A DNA stretch of 64,000 nucleotides from Deltaproteobacteria bacterium. Lineage in GTDB: Bacteria; Myxococcota_A; UBA9160; SMWR01. The translations under genes were made by a program, and so were the position numbers. A model generated the notes under the pieces. The model did no database searches. It was not told the origin of the DNA and saw only the letters and a list, made by a program, of their open reading frames with translations. Of this stretch, positions 12,901 through 21,827 are shown in pieces. The DNA lies in contig JAQBGU010000095.1 in NCBI GenBank assembly GCA_032128375.1, positions 10,640 to 74,639 on the forward strand, in the 5' to 3' direction. Numbering within the stretch: position 1 is the stretch's first letter; every line of letters starts with the position of its first letter.

Positions 12901-14834
12901 GATTCCGTACCCGCGACCGGTGCAGTCGATGTTGCGATCGGCATCCAATCCGTGGCGTCGGGCTGGCCTCCGGCGGCATATTCGACCCGATACCCGGCGA
13001 AGTTTGTTCCGCCGATCGCGCTGTGCCCGCTCGCGACGCCTCGGATATCGACCGTTCCGGAAAAAATTTCGCTGGTGACGGGCAGACGGATCAACGCGGA
13101 GCACGGTTCGCCGAATACGACTGACGCATGCGCGTTGACTCGACCACTTCCGGAATCGAGGTCCCAACCCGGTACTCCCGTGTCGTCGGCCGAAAGCTTC
13201 AACACCTGACGAACTTCCTCGACCGTGTACTGTGGGAATGCCGACAGGATCAACGCGGCCACACCGGCAACATGGGGCGATGCCATCGAGGTCCCGCGAA
13301 ACCGCACATAGTCGTCGCCAACTTGAAAAACACTCGATTCGAACAGCCCCTCGGCGCGTAGTGACAGAATGTTGACATAGTCGGCGTTCGAGTCCCGCGT
13401 GTCGTTTCGGCTGCCACCGCCTGGCGCTGCGACATCGATACCGACTCCGAAGTTCGAAAAATCAGAGCGCAGGTCGAATTGATCGAAGGCCGAGACCGCG
13501 ATCGAATCCGGAATGCTCGCCGGCGCATGACCGCGCGAAAGTCCCCCGAGCTTCGCTGCGGAGTTTCCGGCTGCCGAGACGACGACCACGCCATTCGCAG
13601 TCGCGTACGCGATCGCATCGATCAAAACTTCCGGCGCCGGCGCCGCGATCGGGTTTCCCCAACTGTTGTTGATGACGTCCGCTCCCTGATCGACCGCGTA
13701 CTTCAACGCCGCCACCAGATCACTCGTGCTTCCTCCGTTGGGTCCCAGCCCTTTGACGATCATGATCTGCGCGTTGGGCGCGACTCCAACGACGCCGATC
13801 GCGTTGTCGATCGTCGCGGCGATCGTGCCGGCCACATGCGTACCGTGGCCGACATCGTCGATTGGGTCGTTGTCGTCAAAAGCGAAATCCCAGCCGATGT
13901 GGTCGTCGGCGAAACCGTTTTCGTCGTCGTCGGAATCCAGATCGTCCAAATAGCTGCACGCAACGCCCGAAGCATCCAGCCCGCCTGCGCCGCAACCGGA
14001 CGAGTCCTCGTCGACGAGGCCATCGCTGTCGTCATCGACGCCGCAGATTCCGGGACATCCGTCGCTGTTGATGTCTCCGGGGATGAACTGACCCGATGAA
14101 AGCTCGCCATCGTTGTGCCACACGTTGTCCGCTATATCGGGGTGGTTGTAGTCGATACCCGTATCGACTACCGCGACGATCACGGGCGAGGGGTCTGTGC
14201 CGATCTCGTGCCACGCAGCGTGCGCCCCGATTTTCGCGAGTCCCCACAGGTCGGCGTAGTCCTGTCCCCATGCGCCAGTGCTATCGAAGTATCGGTCGTT
14301 GGGGATGTGGTAGGTCTCGAACCGGTAATTTGGATGACAATATTCGATGCTCGGGTCGGCTTTGAATGCCTCGCACATGCGAATCAAATCGGTAGTGGCC
14401 GGCACCTGCAACTTGTAGATGTGCGAGAGTGCATCGGATGCGGCAGCGTGAGCCGAGGAACGCGATCGACCCCTGCCAGTCTTCCTGCCGTGCGGGGTGT
14501 GAAATACCCGGGTCGCAGCTGCGACACGGTGCCGCCCGTGGAGACGATCGAGCGAGTCGGAACCGCTGGCGGTGATGCGCTGAAATCGGCCACCTTCCCT
14601 CAATAGTGCCTGGACATCTCCCCGGACCGCATGTGTCCCACGGTCGCGATACTTTACGATCGCCTCGCCGGGGCGGTAGGCGGACGCGATGTCCAAATCT
14701 CCTTGTCGAAGCTGCACGGCGACATCCGTGAAAGAACCGGCCGGTGTTTCGGCAAAGGCCGGTTGTGAGACGCAAATGCAGATCAGCCAGCCCAGCTCGA
14801 CGATACGTACGACAGCCCGCGACACTCTGCGCAT
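9918..14834 (-). CDS. Secreted subtilisin-like S8 serine protease with FG-GAP/VCBS repeats and C-terminal thrombospondin-3-like Ca-binding repeats
   Basis: Catalytic triad VAVVDTG, GHGTHVAG, GTSMASPHVAG; repeated ADLDGDG.LEI; DGDGYGNACD repeats; signal peptide ending AFA; start uncertain. Confidence 0.9.
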   Translation of the reverse strand: MRRVSRAVVRIVELGWLICICVSQPAFAETPAGSFTDVAVQLRQGDLDIASAYRPGEAIVKYRDRGTHAVRGDVQALLREGGRFQRITASGSDSLDRLHGRHRVAAATRVFHTPHGRKTGRGRSRSSAHAAASDALSHIYKLQVPATTDLIRMCEAFKADPSIEYCHPNYRFETYHIPNDRYFDSTGAWGQDYADLWGLAKIGAHAAWHEIGTDPSPVIVAVVDTGIDYNHPDIADNVWHNDGELSSGQFIPGDINSDGCPGICGVDDDSDGLVDEDSSGCGAGGLDASGVACSYLDDLDSDDDENGFADDHIGWDFAFDDNDPIDDVGHGTHVAGTIAATIDNAIGVVGVAPNAQIMIVKGLGPNGGSTSDLVAALKYAVDQGADVINNSWGNPIAAPAPEVLIDAIAYATANGVVVVSAAGNSAAKLGGLSRGHAPASIPDSIAVSAFDQFDLRSDFSNFGVGIDVAAPGGGSRNDTRDSNADYVNILSLRAEGLFESSVFQVGDDYVRFRGTSMASPHVAGVAALILSAFPQYTVEEVRQVLKLSADDTGVPGWDLDSGSGRVNAHASVVFGEPCSALIRLPVTSEIFSGTVDIRGVASGHSAIGGTNFAGYRVEYAAGGQPDATDWMPIATSTAPVAGTESDSLLAHWIIPATLPDGEYSLRLVVVDDLDREYESRVQIEVDGFDPPEMSGWPQLPPHGLTQLIPMIPVVGDLDGDGDLEILLGPYAWHHDGTSIVNHPLGFFTDYPFSPSLFQGFHGAPSIGDIDGDAENEVVLIYSDAFAGGGAIHVFGQDGQSMPGWPKALRFPGSIGRTATPVLADIDDDGALDVIVLDSDGLSRSPCQLDVYRGDGSLIFSRAFAHACLTIPTVADLDGDAHAEIILLGSTGQISVVDHTGQPAPIWPQNFRVNNFFEYTAPSVGDLDGDGELDIVVPSTDAVYAFASNGLALEGWPIRVACCDASIAALADLDRDGALEVVIGDRAGSIHVLDHRGVALDGWPIVLDGPANTTAALADIDGDGALDIVAVTGDRKVHAWNIAGHELATQGWPIATGEYAADSPVQDLLGLAAPPIVADLDSDGDREVVAFTRNVHVWDLPDAAAELPREWRMYRSNPRGTGNVDEDRVAQPPADPRIYVVPENFNVADIESFSLSFDLASPVAPIARAQWAMLDADDPDRKKIIGWLDGQEVDLAKPQPLPAAIGLVSQTIRLPEPGRYRVHASIQTEPAPDTDEDNKNNNTKNKKKKSTKRHQVFTTDIINVIEVLPANPVTRIVPGPSAFARTTVAARVDFDLIEGLRLLVFTVKKAGQSDEPVLGSVKFLELGEVNAVGERDLSERSLIGLFLAAASPTFAKFSVNEVGEYDVEISILAYPQQLSRTIEVGSARARFTATPIPDTDADGWFDIQDNCPWVDNGVDQAPTSGCAAPPCVGNQIDTDGDGYGNACDGDLNGDGEITGMPGGDCTGVDSDWCLLEASLGTTIGGPGYEPDADCNGDARIDAIDQMCMVDQSGGPVGPSGLDCAGTYPCFKSVGDADNDGLANGEDGCVFVRDALQRDGDEDGFGNACDADYDNDGIVGFGDFSRFATAFRSTDEVFDHDGDGFVGFPDFGFLVAHFGRPPGPSGRDVLPFVDPISGAP

Positions 14835-14961
14835 GCTTCGCACGCGTTTGGGCGACACACTTCTCGGAAAATCACTTCTCCGAAAGACAAGATCCTGCAA
14901 CACAAGGCTAGCAGGTTCGAATCGAGATTTCGGTTCCATCGGCTGATCGTCGAGTTGCATC

Positions 14962-14991
14962 CCAAGCATGGACTCCAAGCATGGACTCCAA
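14962..14991. repeat. 13-bp tandem repeat (CCAAGCATGGACT x2.3)
   Basis: Read directly, upstream of the S8 protease gene. Confidence 0.8.
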
Positions 14992-15597
14992 TCGTGAACA
15001 ACAGATTCCAACTCTGCTATCAGAATTCAACTCATGGCATTTTCTGCTGTTTTCTGTTTCGAGTATGCCGGAAGGGCTCACAGGGGTCAAACGATCAACG
15101 CAGCGCAATCTGCGTTCGAAGCGGCCGCTTGCGATGCTGATTGCGTCTGCGGCCGAGCAACCAACTCGTCGAACTTCGGTTTCAACAGCATGATCGCGTT
15201 CTGTGCCCCTAGGGCGGGGGGGGGAAGCGGGCTCGACGAATGATCAGCCGAAGCATTTGCAACGGGACTGATCCATCGCAGCCAATCCGCTGGCTGACCT
15301 GGGACAAATTGATCCATCACAACGAGATGCATTCAAGGGCAATATCTGTTCGCGGAAAGGCGCTCGATCGCCGTCGTCGGCGGGTCTTCAATCGATTGGG
15401 GAGCGCCCGGAGAAATCCCTTTGCATCGAGAGAATCTGCGAATGATTCGCTTCGGTCAGATGTTCGTCTGACATGCAATCGGGGATGGCGGTGTGGCTGC
15501 ATGGGTTTCGGCGCACACGCAGCGCACCGCGGTGCTTCGGATAGGCATCCGATTCGAAACGGAATTGGATGGAAGCGGTGCCACAGCACGGCGCGCG

Positions 15598-16494
15598 TCA
15601 GCCGGCGAACAGCTTGTCGAGCAGGCGCGCGATCGGGACCTCGCGATAAGCGAGAATCATCGCGAAGACCGCAAGGTAGAGCCCGCGGGTTACGCCGCGT
15701 TCTCGTTCGCACTGTGCGAACCCCATCGCGATGAGCAGCCAGCCGAAGCCGTCTACGGGGGCCAGCGCGTAGCTGGAAGCGCAAAAAAGAAGTAGCAGAG
15801 CGTGGCGTGCACGGCCGACGCCAGCCGGCCGCCACGAACAGAAGGCGACCAGCACCGCCGACTCGATGGCGGCGGTCCAGACTGTGGCTGCGAGGGCCAG
15901 CTGGCGGACGCTGGTCGGTAGCGGTGGGCCCGGAGGGATCGGAAACTGGGGCACGTCGAAGTGGCGATTCAGCGCTATCCGCTGCGCTTCGAGGTCGGGA
16001 CCCGACAGTCCGGTGAGGAGCGCCGTCCAGTCTTCGAATCGCGGATCCAGCAACATCGTGACTCGGAAGAACGTCCCGTCCAGGAAATCGAAGGATAGGA
16101 CCAGTTTCCAGATCACTGCGAATCCGAAGGCGAGGCCAATCAGCACGCGACCGTTGAAGGCCAGAGATTTTTCTGTGTCAGTTGCGAACAGCGAGAGCGC
16201 CGCCGCCAGACACCAATAGCTGAGCAGGTAGGCATGGTTGTCGGCGAGCGGCCAGTCGTACAAAACGCGCAGCCCGGTGAGGGCGGCGAGCGAGGCCCAT
16301 AGCAGCGGCCGGCGCAGACATTGCGGAAACAGCAGCCCCGCAGCGGCGAGCGCCAGTACCGCGGGTCGGATCGCCCAGTTTCCGACGGGGCGTAGCAGAA
16401 AATCGAGGAGCGTGAGCCGCAGTGCGACATCGACGCTGTCGAGGCGTCCGAGCCACCCCCTCAATCCGGTGGCGGCCTCCGCAGCTGCGTTCAT
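15598..16494 (-). CDS. Multi-pass membrane protein, possibly HTTM-like
   Basis: Several hydrophobic helices; DNHAYL and WK...DFLDG segments; ATGA overlap with the upstream gene. Confidence 0.65.
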   Translation of the reverse strand: MNAAAEAATGLRGWLGRLDSVDVALRLTLLDFLLRPVGNWAIRPAVLALAAAGLLFPQCLRRPLLWASLAALTGLRVLYDWPLADNHAYLLSYWCLAAALSLFATDTEKSLAFNGRVLIGLAFGFAVIWKLVLSFDFLDGTFFRVTMLLDPRFEDWTALLTGLSGPDLEAQRIALNRHFDVPQFPIPPGPPLPTSVRQLALAATVWTAAIESAVLVAFCSWRPAGVGRARHALLLLFCASSYALAPVDGFGWLLIAMGFAQCERERGVTRGLYLAVFAMILAYREVPIARLLDKLFAG

Positions 16495-16919
16495 GGCTCG
16501 ACCGGGACCACGAGTCCGCGCAGCAGGTGGCTCTCGGGAGCCAGCGTTTTCGGGTGGTAGCGCGTCCGCCAGATCTGGATACGAACCCCGGTCGCCGGTC
16601 CGTAATCGGGTGTGGGTAGCCGGGCGAGTTCGCGGGCCAAGGCCTGCAGGTTTGCATCCGAAGGAAGGGTACGAGCTCGGCTTTCGAGGTCTTGGAAATC
16701 CTCGGGGACGAATACTTCGCGCTCGAGTCCTGGTCTCAACACGAATGCGTGTAGATGGCGCGCGCGCCCCGCGTCTGTCGTCGAGAACATTCCGAAGCCG
16801 CCACCGAACCACGCAGAGAGGCCGGCGGTTTGCGCCAGAAACAGCTGGTGGAGTGCGACCAGGACCAGAACACTCGCCGGCAGCGCGCGAGCCCAACGGC
16901 CCCTGCGGGTCGCGAGCAA
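16491..16919 (-). CDS. Small membrane-anchored hypothetical protein, partner of the downstream membrane protein
   Basis: One TM helix then WFGGGFGMFSTTD; its stop overlaps the next start; start uncertain. Confidence 0.6.
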   Translation of the reverse strand: MLATRRGRWARALPASVLVLVALHQLFLAQTAGLSAWFGGGFGMFSTTDAGRARHLHAFVLRPGLEREVFVPEDFQDLESRARTLPSDANLQALARELARLPTPDYGPATGVRIQIWRTRYHPKTLAPESHLLRGLVVPVEP

Positions 16920-16972
16920 CGCGCCGGCCGCTTCGTTGGAAGTCGTAGGAGGGGTCCCCCTCGGCGCCCCCG

Positions 16973-17716
16973 TCAGTACCCGGCCGGCGGGTTCACGACG
17001 ATGTAGGTCACGCTCCCGCCGCTGTAGCCGCGCTGATACCAGTGGGTGCCGCATTGGGTGTAGGTAACGCTTCCCACGATCACCGTGGTCTGCGTGCAGC
17101 TGAGCGCACCGATCGTCGCCGCCGTCAGTGACGCACCCACTGCCCACTTCCAGCGATCTTCGTAGAACTCGTTGCGATTGCCATAGTATTCGCTGCGCTC
17201 GCCGTACGCGTCCTGGCGGAACTCCGTGCGATCCTGAACGTTGTCCTGGCGCTGGTCGAAGCGGTCGTCGCGGTTGTCCTGGCGATTTCCCTGGTTATCA
17301 CCACGGTTGTCTTGACGATCCCCCGCGTTGTCCTGGCGACCCTGCTGGTTGTCACCGCGGTTGTCCTGGCGACCTCCTTGGGCGTCCTGACGGCCCTGCG
17401 GGTTGGTACCGCGGTTGTCCTGGCGACCCCCTTGAGCGTCCTGACGGCCCTGCTGGTTGCCTTGGCGAGTCGTTTGACCGCCGGTCGCGCGACCACTACC
17501 CGCGGATCTTCCGGTGCTCCGCATCGATCCGGAGCTGGCAGGTCCCCCGCGCGAGACGTTTCCCCGGCTGCCACCACCACCGCCACCGGAACGACCGCCG
17601 CCGCCGCCGCCACCACGACCGCCGCCACCGCGCGCCGCGGCCTCGAGGGCGAGGAATCCGATGGCCAGAAGTACACCGATCCAGGCCAGTTGTCGGGTGT
17701 GTGTTCGCAACATCAT
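16973..17716 (-). CDS. Exported Gly-rich, Gln/Arg/Asp-repeat protein with small aromatic C-terminal domain
   Basis: Signal peptide, poly-Gly, repeated GRQDNRG/GRQDAQG units, C-terminal TYTQCGTHWYQRGY. Confidence 0.75.
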   Translation of the reverse strand: MMLRTHTRQLAWIGVLLAIGFLALEAAARGGGGRGGGGGGGRSGGGGGGSRGNVSRGGPASSGSMRSTGRSAGSGRATGGQTTRQGNQQGRQDAQGGRQDNRGTNPQGRQDAQGGRQDNRGDNQQGRQDNAGDRQDNRGDNQGNRQDNRDDRFDQRQDNVQDRTEFRQDAYGERSEYYGNRNEFYEDRWKWAVGASLTAATIGALSCTQTTVIVGSVTYTQCGTHWYQRGYSGGSVTYIVVNPPAGY

Positions 17717-18543
17717 TCGATCTCCTCCCTCTCCCGCTGAGCGCTAGCGACCGCAGCTCCGATCGGGATCTGCTCTGCGCTCTTCGGCGGGGTGTACACG
17801 AAAAGTTCATCGGGAGTCTTCGGATGGAGATCCCAATTCGAGAACTGCGCCCAGAACTGCGGGCTTCCCGGAGAGGTCTTGTAGGTGATGATGAGGCGCT
17901 GGAGGAGGGGCTGCTCGCCGTCTGCCACCCATAGCTGCACATCGACGACCTCACTGCGGATCGCTACGTGGAAACACGCTGTCCCGGCGATCGCGTCCTC
18001 GCCAACCACGAGCCCGGCGACGATGCCATCGATCACCTCGGCCAACACATTGCTGCGAAACAGATCGGCCAGCGGGGCGGGTGTACCGAGATCGTCAGTG
18101 AGATAATCGATGGCAGCGTCGAGAGTTCCCGGTTTCTGTACCGAGACGTAGGCTTTGTCGTCCGGAAAGTCGACCGAGATCGCCTTGCCGTCGAAAAACA
18201 ACGTGGATGTCCCGCCGTCTCGCGCGGTGACCTCCACTCGCGCCCGGTCGGGCCGACGAATCGTGGCCTGGCGCGTTCCGCCGAACTCGAGCATGAGGCC
18301 GTTGGCCTGTATAGAGTCGAAGCCGAACTGCGCTTCGAAAGAGAAACTGTTTTGAGCAGACAGAAAGTCCGACATGAGCTTGAACTCGGCGATTGCATCC
18401 GCGAGGTCCGCAGCACTTGCCGCCGCCTTTGCGGTGGCGATCTCCTCGTCGGATACTGCCGACTCCTGCGCCAGGGCGACGGCAGCCATGAGCGTGAAAG
18501 CACTCACTACCAACCCGGTCACCCGCAATCCCGTGCGAATCAT
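17713..18543 (-). CDS. DUF2092 family periplasmic protein
   Basis: Signal peptide; RRPDR, LFFDGK, APLADL, DVQLWV, PQF.AQFSNW motifs; GGAGG RBS. Confidence 0.85.
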   Translation of the reverse strand: MIRTGLRVTGLVVSAFTLMAAVALAQESAVSDEEIATAKAAASAADLADAIAEFKLMSDFLSAQNSFSFEAQFGFDSIQANGLMLEFGGTRQATIRRPDRARVEVTARDGGTSTLFFDGKAISVDFPDDKAYVSVQKPGTLDAAIDYLTDDLGTPAPLADLFRSNVLAEVIDGIVAGLVVGEDAIAGTACFHVAIRSEVVDVQLWVADGEQPLLQRLIITYKTSPGSPQFWAQFSNWDLHPKTPDELFVYTPPKSAEQIPIGAAVASAQREREEIE

Positions 18544-18809
18544 TGAACCCTCCAGACATACTTGGGGGCGGATCCTAACAGAGGGAGCCGTATCTTGCTT
18601 TCGCATCTCTTCAGTCGGACGGCCTGGCAGGCAAGCGCAGAGCATCAGTCTGTTCAGGGGGCGGTCTGGCGCCCATACACATGGAAGGCACCCGCTCGTG
18701 GTGCGGGCGCAGACGCTGAGACCCGCATCGCCAGCTCCGGCGAGTCGACGGGGAGATTCAATGTCTGCCTTGACGATGGCGCGAGATAACGGGCGGCATC
18801 CGTCCGAAC

Positions 18810-19310
18810 CATATCGTTTCGACACCAGCTCACGTCGAACCAGAGCAGCGACTGCGAAGACCCGAGTAGCGGACCGAAGGCCTGTGTGAGGCCCAGGGCC
18901 AGCTGGGTCTCGTCGATTCCGGAGGCGACCGGGTTGGCGCCGATCGGACCCGCTGGGTTCCCGTTTCGGATCGGTGAATCGGTGAAAGCGCCGTCTCGAT
19001 CACGAGGTCGCGGGCGATCTGCACCGGCCAGTTGAAGTGATGGGAAACCTCGACTCCGACCAGTGTGCCGACGACGGGCAACACACTGTTGAAAGAGGCG
19101 CCCAGAATCTGGATGTCCTCGGGATACTCGGCGATCCAGCTCGTCTCGTTCGAGAGGGTCCCGAGTGCAACAATCCGTTCGACATCTGTAGGACCGCTCG
19201 CACCGATGGCGGCGGCATCGTCGATCGCGGACTGATCGGCAGCGACCCCGCTGATCAACGGGAACCGACTGTGATAGTTGACGAAATGCACACGCAGGCT
19301 GCTCGCGTTC
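18810..19310 (-). pseudogene. Frameshifted internal fragment of a DUF1302-family outer-membrane protein
   Basis: FVNYHSRFPLISG...EYPEDIQILGASFN...ALSPI in one frame and TQ...LTQAFGPLLGSSQ in another; no N- or C-terminus; boundaries approximate. Confidence 0.65.
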
Positions 19311-19478
19311 AAGGCCGCCCGCACCGCGAAGACAGGCGCTCACCGTGAGCAGGCTGGCAGCGAGACGCGATCAGTAACCCGGCTCGCGCGCGGTCTTCGG
19401 AGGGCGGCAAACCGCCAGGCCCAATGGCGCCCCTTGCGAGCGAGGCCAGTCGTAATCAACCGAATCTGAAGCGGGCGA

Positions 19479-19552
19479 TGGATCCCCGGCATGGATTCGA
19501 ACCATGATTCACAGATTCAAAGTCTGTTGTCCTGCCATTGGACGACCGGGGA
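19479..19552 (-). tRNA. tRNA-Gln (TTG), copy 1
   Basis: Full cloverleaf: TCCCCGG/CCGGGGA acceptor stem, ACAGA-CTTTGAA-TCTGT anticodon arm, TTCGAAT T-loop, encoded CCA. Confidence 0.95.
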
Positions 19553-19718
19553 ATCGCGCAATGGCGTGAACTTTCAGATAGTTGCGCGGCGGCGTCAACT
19601 CTGCGCGGGAGGCCGGCGAATCCTCATCGAGAACATCCGCAGTTCCGAACAGTTCACCCTGTTCACACCGCAAAAAACACGGATGCAATACGGCGGCGGG
19701 AAATCGGCACTGCGCAGG

Positions 19719-20423
19719 TCAGTCGGGACGCGCCCCGAGCGAGCGAACATACTCGATCAATTCGCTTTGATTGCTCACTCCAACCTGTCGGAAGATCGAC
19801 TTGAGGTGGTTGCGGACCGTGTGGGGGCTGATGTGGAGCATTTTCGCGATCGCCGGGACCCGCTTTCCCGAAACAAGGTGACCCAACACCTCCAGCTCGC
19901 GATCCGTGAGTCCCTCGAGGTCTGGATGCCCGATCGGTACAGCGGGGACCGCCTGCGTACCCGCGATGAGACCGATCATTTGCAGCTCGTGAGCGATGCG
20001 TTCCAGGTTGCCGCGCAGCGTATTGCCGCGCGCGTCCTCGATCGGCTGTGCGGTCTGGATCGTCGACAGCTCGACCACAACGTTGAAAAACGGGCCCTCT
20101 GGGCCGGAGTATTGGTGGGGAATCAGCAGAACGGGGAAGGTCGTGGAGTCCTTTCGCTCCGCGATCGAGATGCGGGCGCGGATATTGCCCTGGCCGATGG
20201 CCCTCAGCTGCTCATGAGCGCTCTGGTCGAGTTCCTCGGGGATGATCTTGAACACCGACTCGCCGACGAACTCGTCCCAGCGGTAGCCGAGCCAGCCGAG
20301 CAGGCATTCGTTGGCGAATACGATCACGTTGTCGCGGTCGATGCCTATGACACCGCAGTTCATGTGGTCGATGGCGCCGACGAGTTCACGGTGATGCTGC
20401 TCGAGATCGAACGCTTGGGCCAC
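19719..20423 (-). CDS. PAS domain plus LuxR-type HTH transcriptional regulator
   Basis: IVFAN...LGY...EFVG...RKD PAS pattern; LTDRELEVL...IAKMLHISPHTVRNHLKSIF. Confidence 0.9.
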   Translation of the reverse strand: MAQAFDLEQHHRELVGAIDHMNCGVIGIDRDNVIVFANECLLGWLGYRWDEFVGESVFKIIPEELDQSAHEQLRAIGQGNIRARISIAERKDSTTFPVLLIPHQYSGPEGPFFNVVVELSTIQTAQPIEDARGNTLRGNLERIAHELQMIGLIAGTQAVPAVPIGHPDLEGLTDRELEVLGHLVSGKRVPAIAKMLHISPHTVRNHLKSIFRQVGVSNQSELIEYVRSLGARPD

Positions 20424-20688
20424 CGTACCTCCGGATTCGAAAGTGACGTCAGAAAGTAGAGCGTTTCCTGCAACCCTGCGAAAGCGTTACCAGTCCTGGC
20501 CGGCCAACCGGGCCGTCTTGGTCACTGAATTTGGACAAGACTGGTCAGTCGAACGACCCGTCGTGGCTCTACCTGCCTCGCCGAATTCCCGCACCTTGTT
20601 GATACGCCGACAGGATTCCGCCGGAAGAAAATCCAGACCGAGTATGTGAGATAGCACCGAAACGAGAGACCGAGAACAGGAGCGACTC

Positions 20689-21741
20689 ATGAACAGCTCA
20701 GTGCAGTACCGTGTCACACAGACGGGATTGCCCCATTTCCCGGTGGGTCTCGTCGCGCCTGACGTGAGCCATGATGCGGAAGAGCTTGGTCGCACGCCGC
20801 GTGACGATGTCGATCGCTCGTCGAAGCGGGCCAGCACGAGCACCGCTGACGGGGTGGATCACGATCGCTGGTTCTTCGGCGCGATGGGACGCTTCCCGCT
20901 GCTCGAACACGACGAGGTCGTCTCGCTGACGAGAACCGTGCAGTGCAGTAGTGAAGACGCAAACGAACGCATCGACGCACAACAGAGAATCGTAGTGGCG
21001 AACCTGCGCTGGATCGCGACGATCGCGCGGGAGTACACGCATTGCTCGGATCTCGATCTCATCGACCTCGTCCAGGAGGGAGTCGTCGGGCTGATGCGCG
21101 CGACCGAGAAATTCGATCCGGACAAGGGCTGTCGGTTCCTGACCTATGCCACCTACTGGATCCGACACGCGGTGATCCGCGGGATCCAGAACAGAGGCAG
21201 CACGATCCGGCTCCCCCATCACGCGCACGAAGTCCTGGTGGCCATCCGCCGCTCGCACGCGAATCTGTGCGGAGTGCTGAAACGCGAACCGCGGAACGCC
21301 GAGATCGCGAGCGATCTCGGCGAGGAGGCGACGAAAGTCGAATCTCTGATCGAGGCTTCACAACGGCCCGACTCGCTCGACAGGTGCGTTGGCCCAGACC
21401 ACGACATTCCGATGGGCGAACTGCTCGAGAACACCAACAGCCAGACCCCGGAGCAGTGTCTCCAGCAAAGTGATACCGCGACGGCGATCGAGATCGCACT
21501 TGACGTGCTTCCCGAGCGCGAGCGCATGATCATCAGACTCCGATTCGGGCTGAACGACGACCAGGAGCATACGCTCGCGGATATCGCACGGCAGTTCGGC
21601 GTCTCGATCGAGCGGATCCGACAGCTGGAGAAGCGCTCGCTCGCGAAACTGGGCGATTGCTTGGCGCTGCGCGGCCTCGGCTTCGGAGAAACTCCGAATC
21701 TGGCGGGACGGTTGGATCCCCGGCATGGATTCGAACCATGA
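20689..21741 (+). CDS. Divergent RpoD/SigA-family sigma70 factor
   Basis: ANLRW, DLVQEGVVGLMRATEKFDP, TYATYWIR, TIRLP and region 4 GVSIERIRQLE; stop lies inside the antisense tRNA. Confidence 0.9.
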   Translation: MNSSVQYRVTQTGLPHFPVGLVAPDVSHDAEELGRTPRDDVDRSSKRASTSTADGVDHDRWFFGAMGRFPLLEHDEVVSLTRTVQCSSEDANERIDAQQRIVVANLRWIATIAREYTHCSDLDLIDLVQEGVVGLMRATEKFDPDKGCRFLTYATYWIRHAVIRGIQNRGSTIRLPHHAHEVLVAIRRSHANLCGVLKREPRNAEIASDLGEEATKVESLIEASQRPDSLDRCVGPDHDIPMGELLENTNSQTPEQCLQQSDTATAIEIALDVLPERERMIIRLRFGLNDDQEHTLADIARQFGVSIERIRQLEKRSLAKLGDCLALRGLGFGETPNLAGRLDPRHGFEP

Positions 21742-21786
21742 TTCACAGATTCAAAGTCTGTTGTCCTGCCATTGGACGACCGGGGA
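21713..21786 (-). tRNA. tRNA-Gln (TTG), copy 2
   Basis: 74-nt sequence identical to copy 1, with CCA. Confidence 0.95.
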
Positions 21787-21827
21787 ACCGCGCCGTCAGG
21801 TGGATTTTCGGATATCGCAGCCCCTGT

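Noticed and set aside
15216..15224. G9 tract in the intergenic region upstream of the S8 protease
   Set aside because: Could not place it within a promoter or coding frame
17265..17465. Roughly 33-bp DNA repeats
   Set aside because: Coding repeats of the Gln/Arg/Asp-rich protein, with no unique spacers; not an array
19479..21786. Prophage or ICE between the tRNA repeats
   Set aside because: No integrase, phage or conjugation genes; only 2.2 kb
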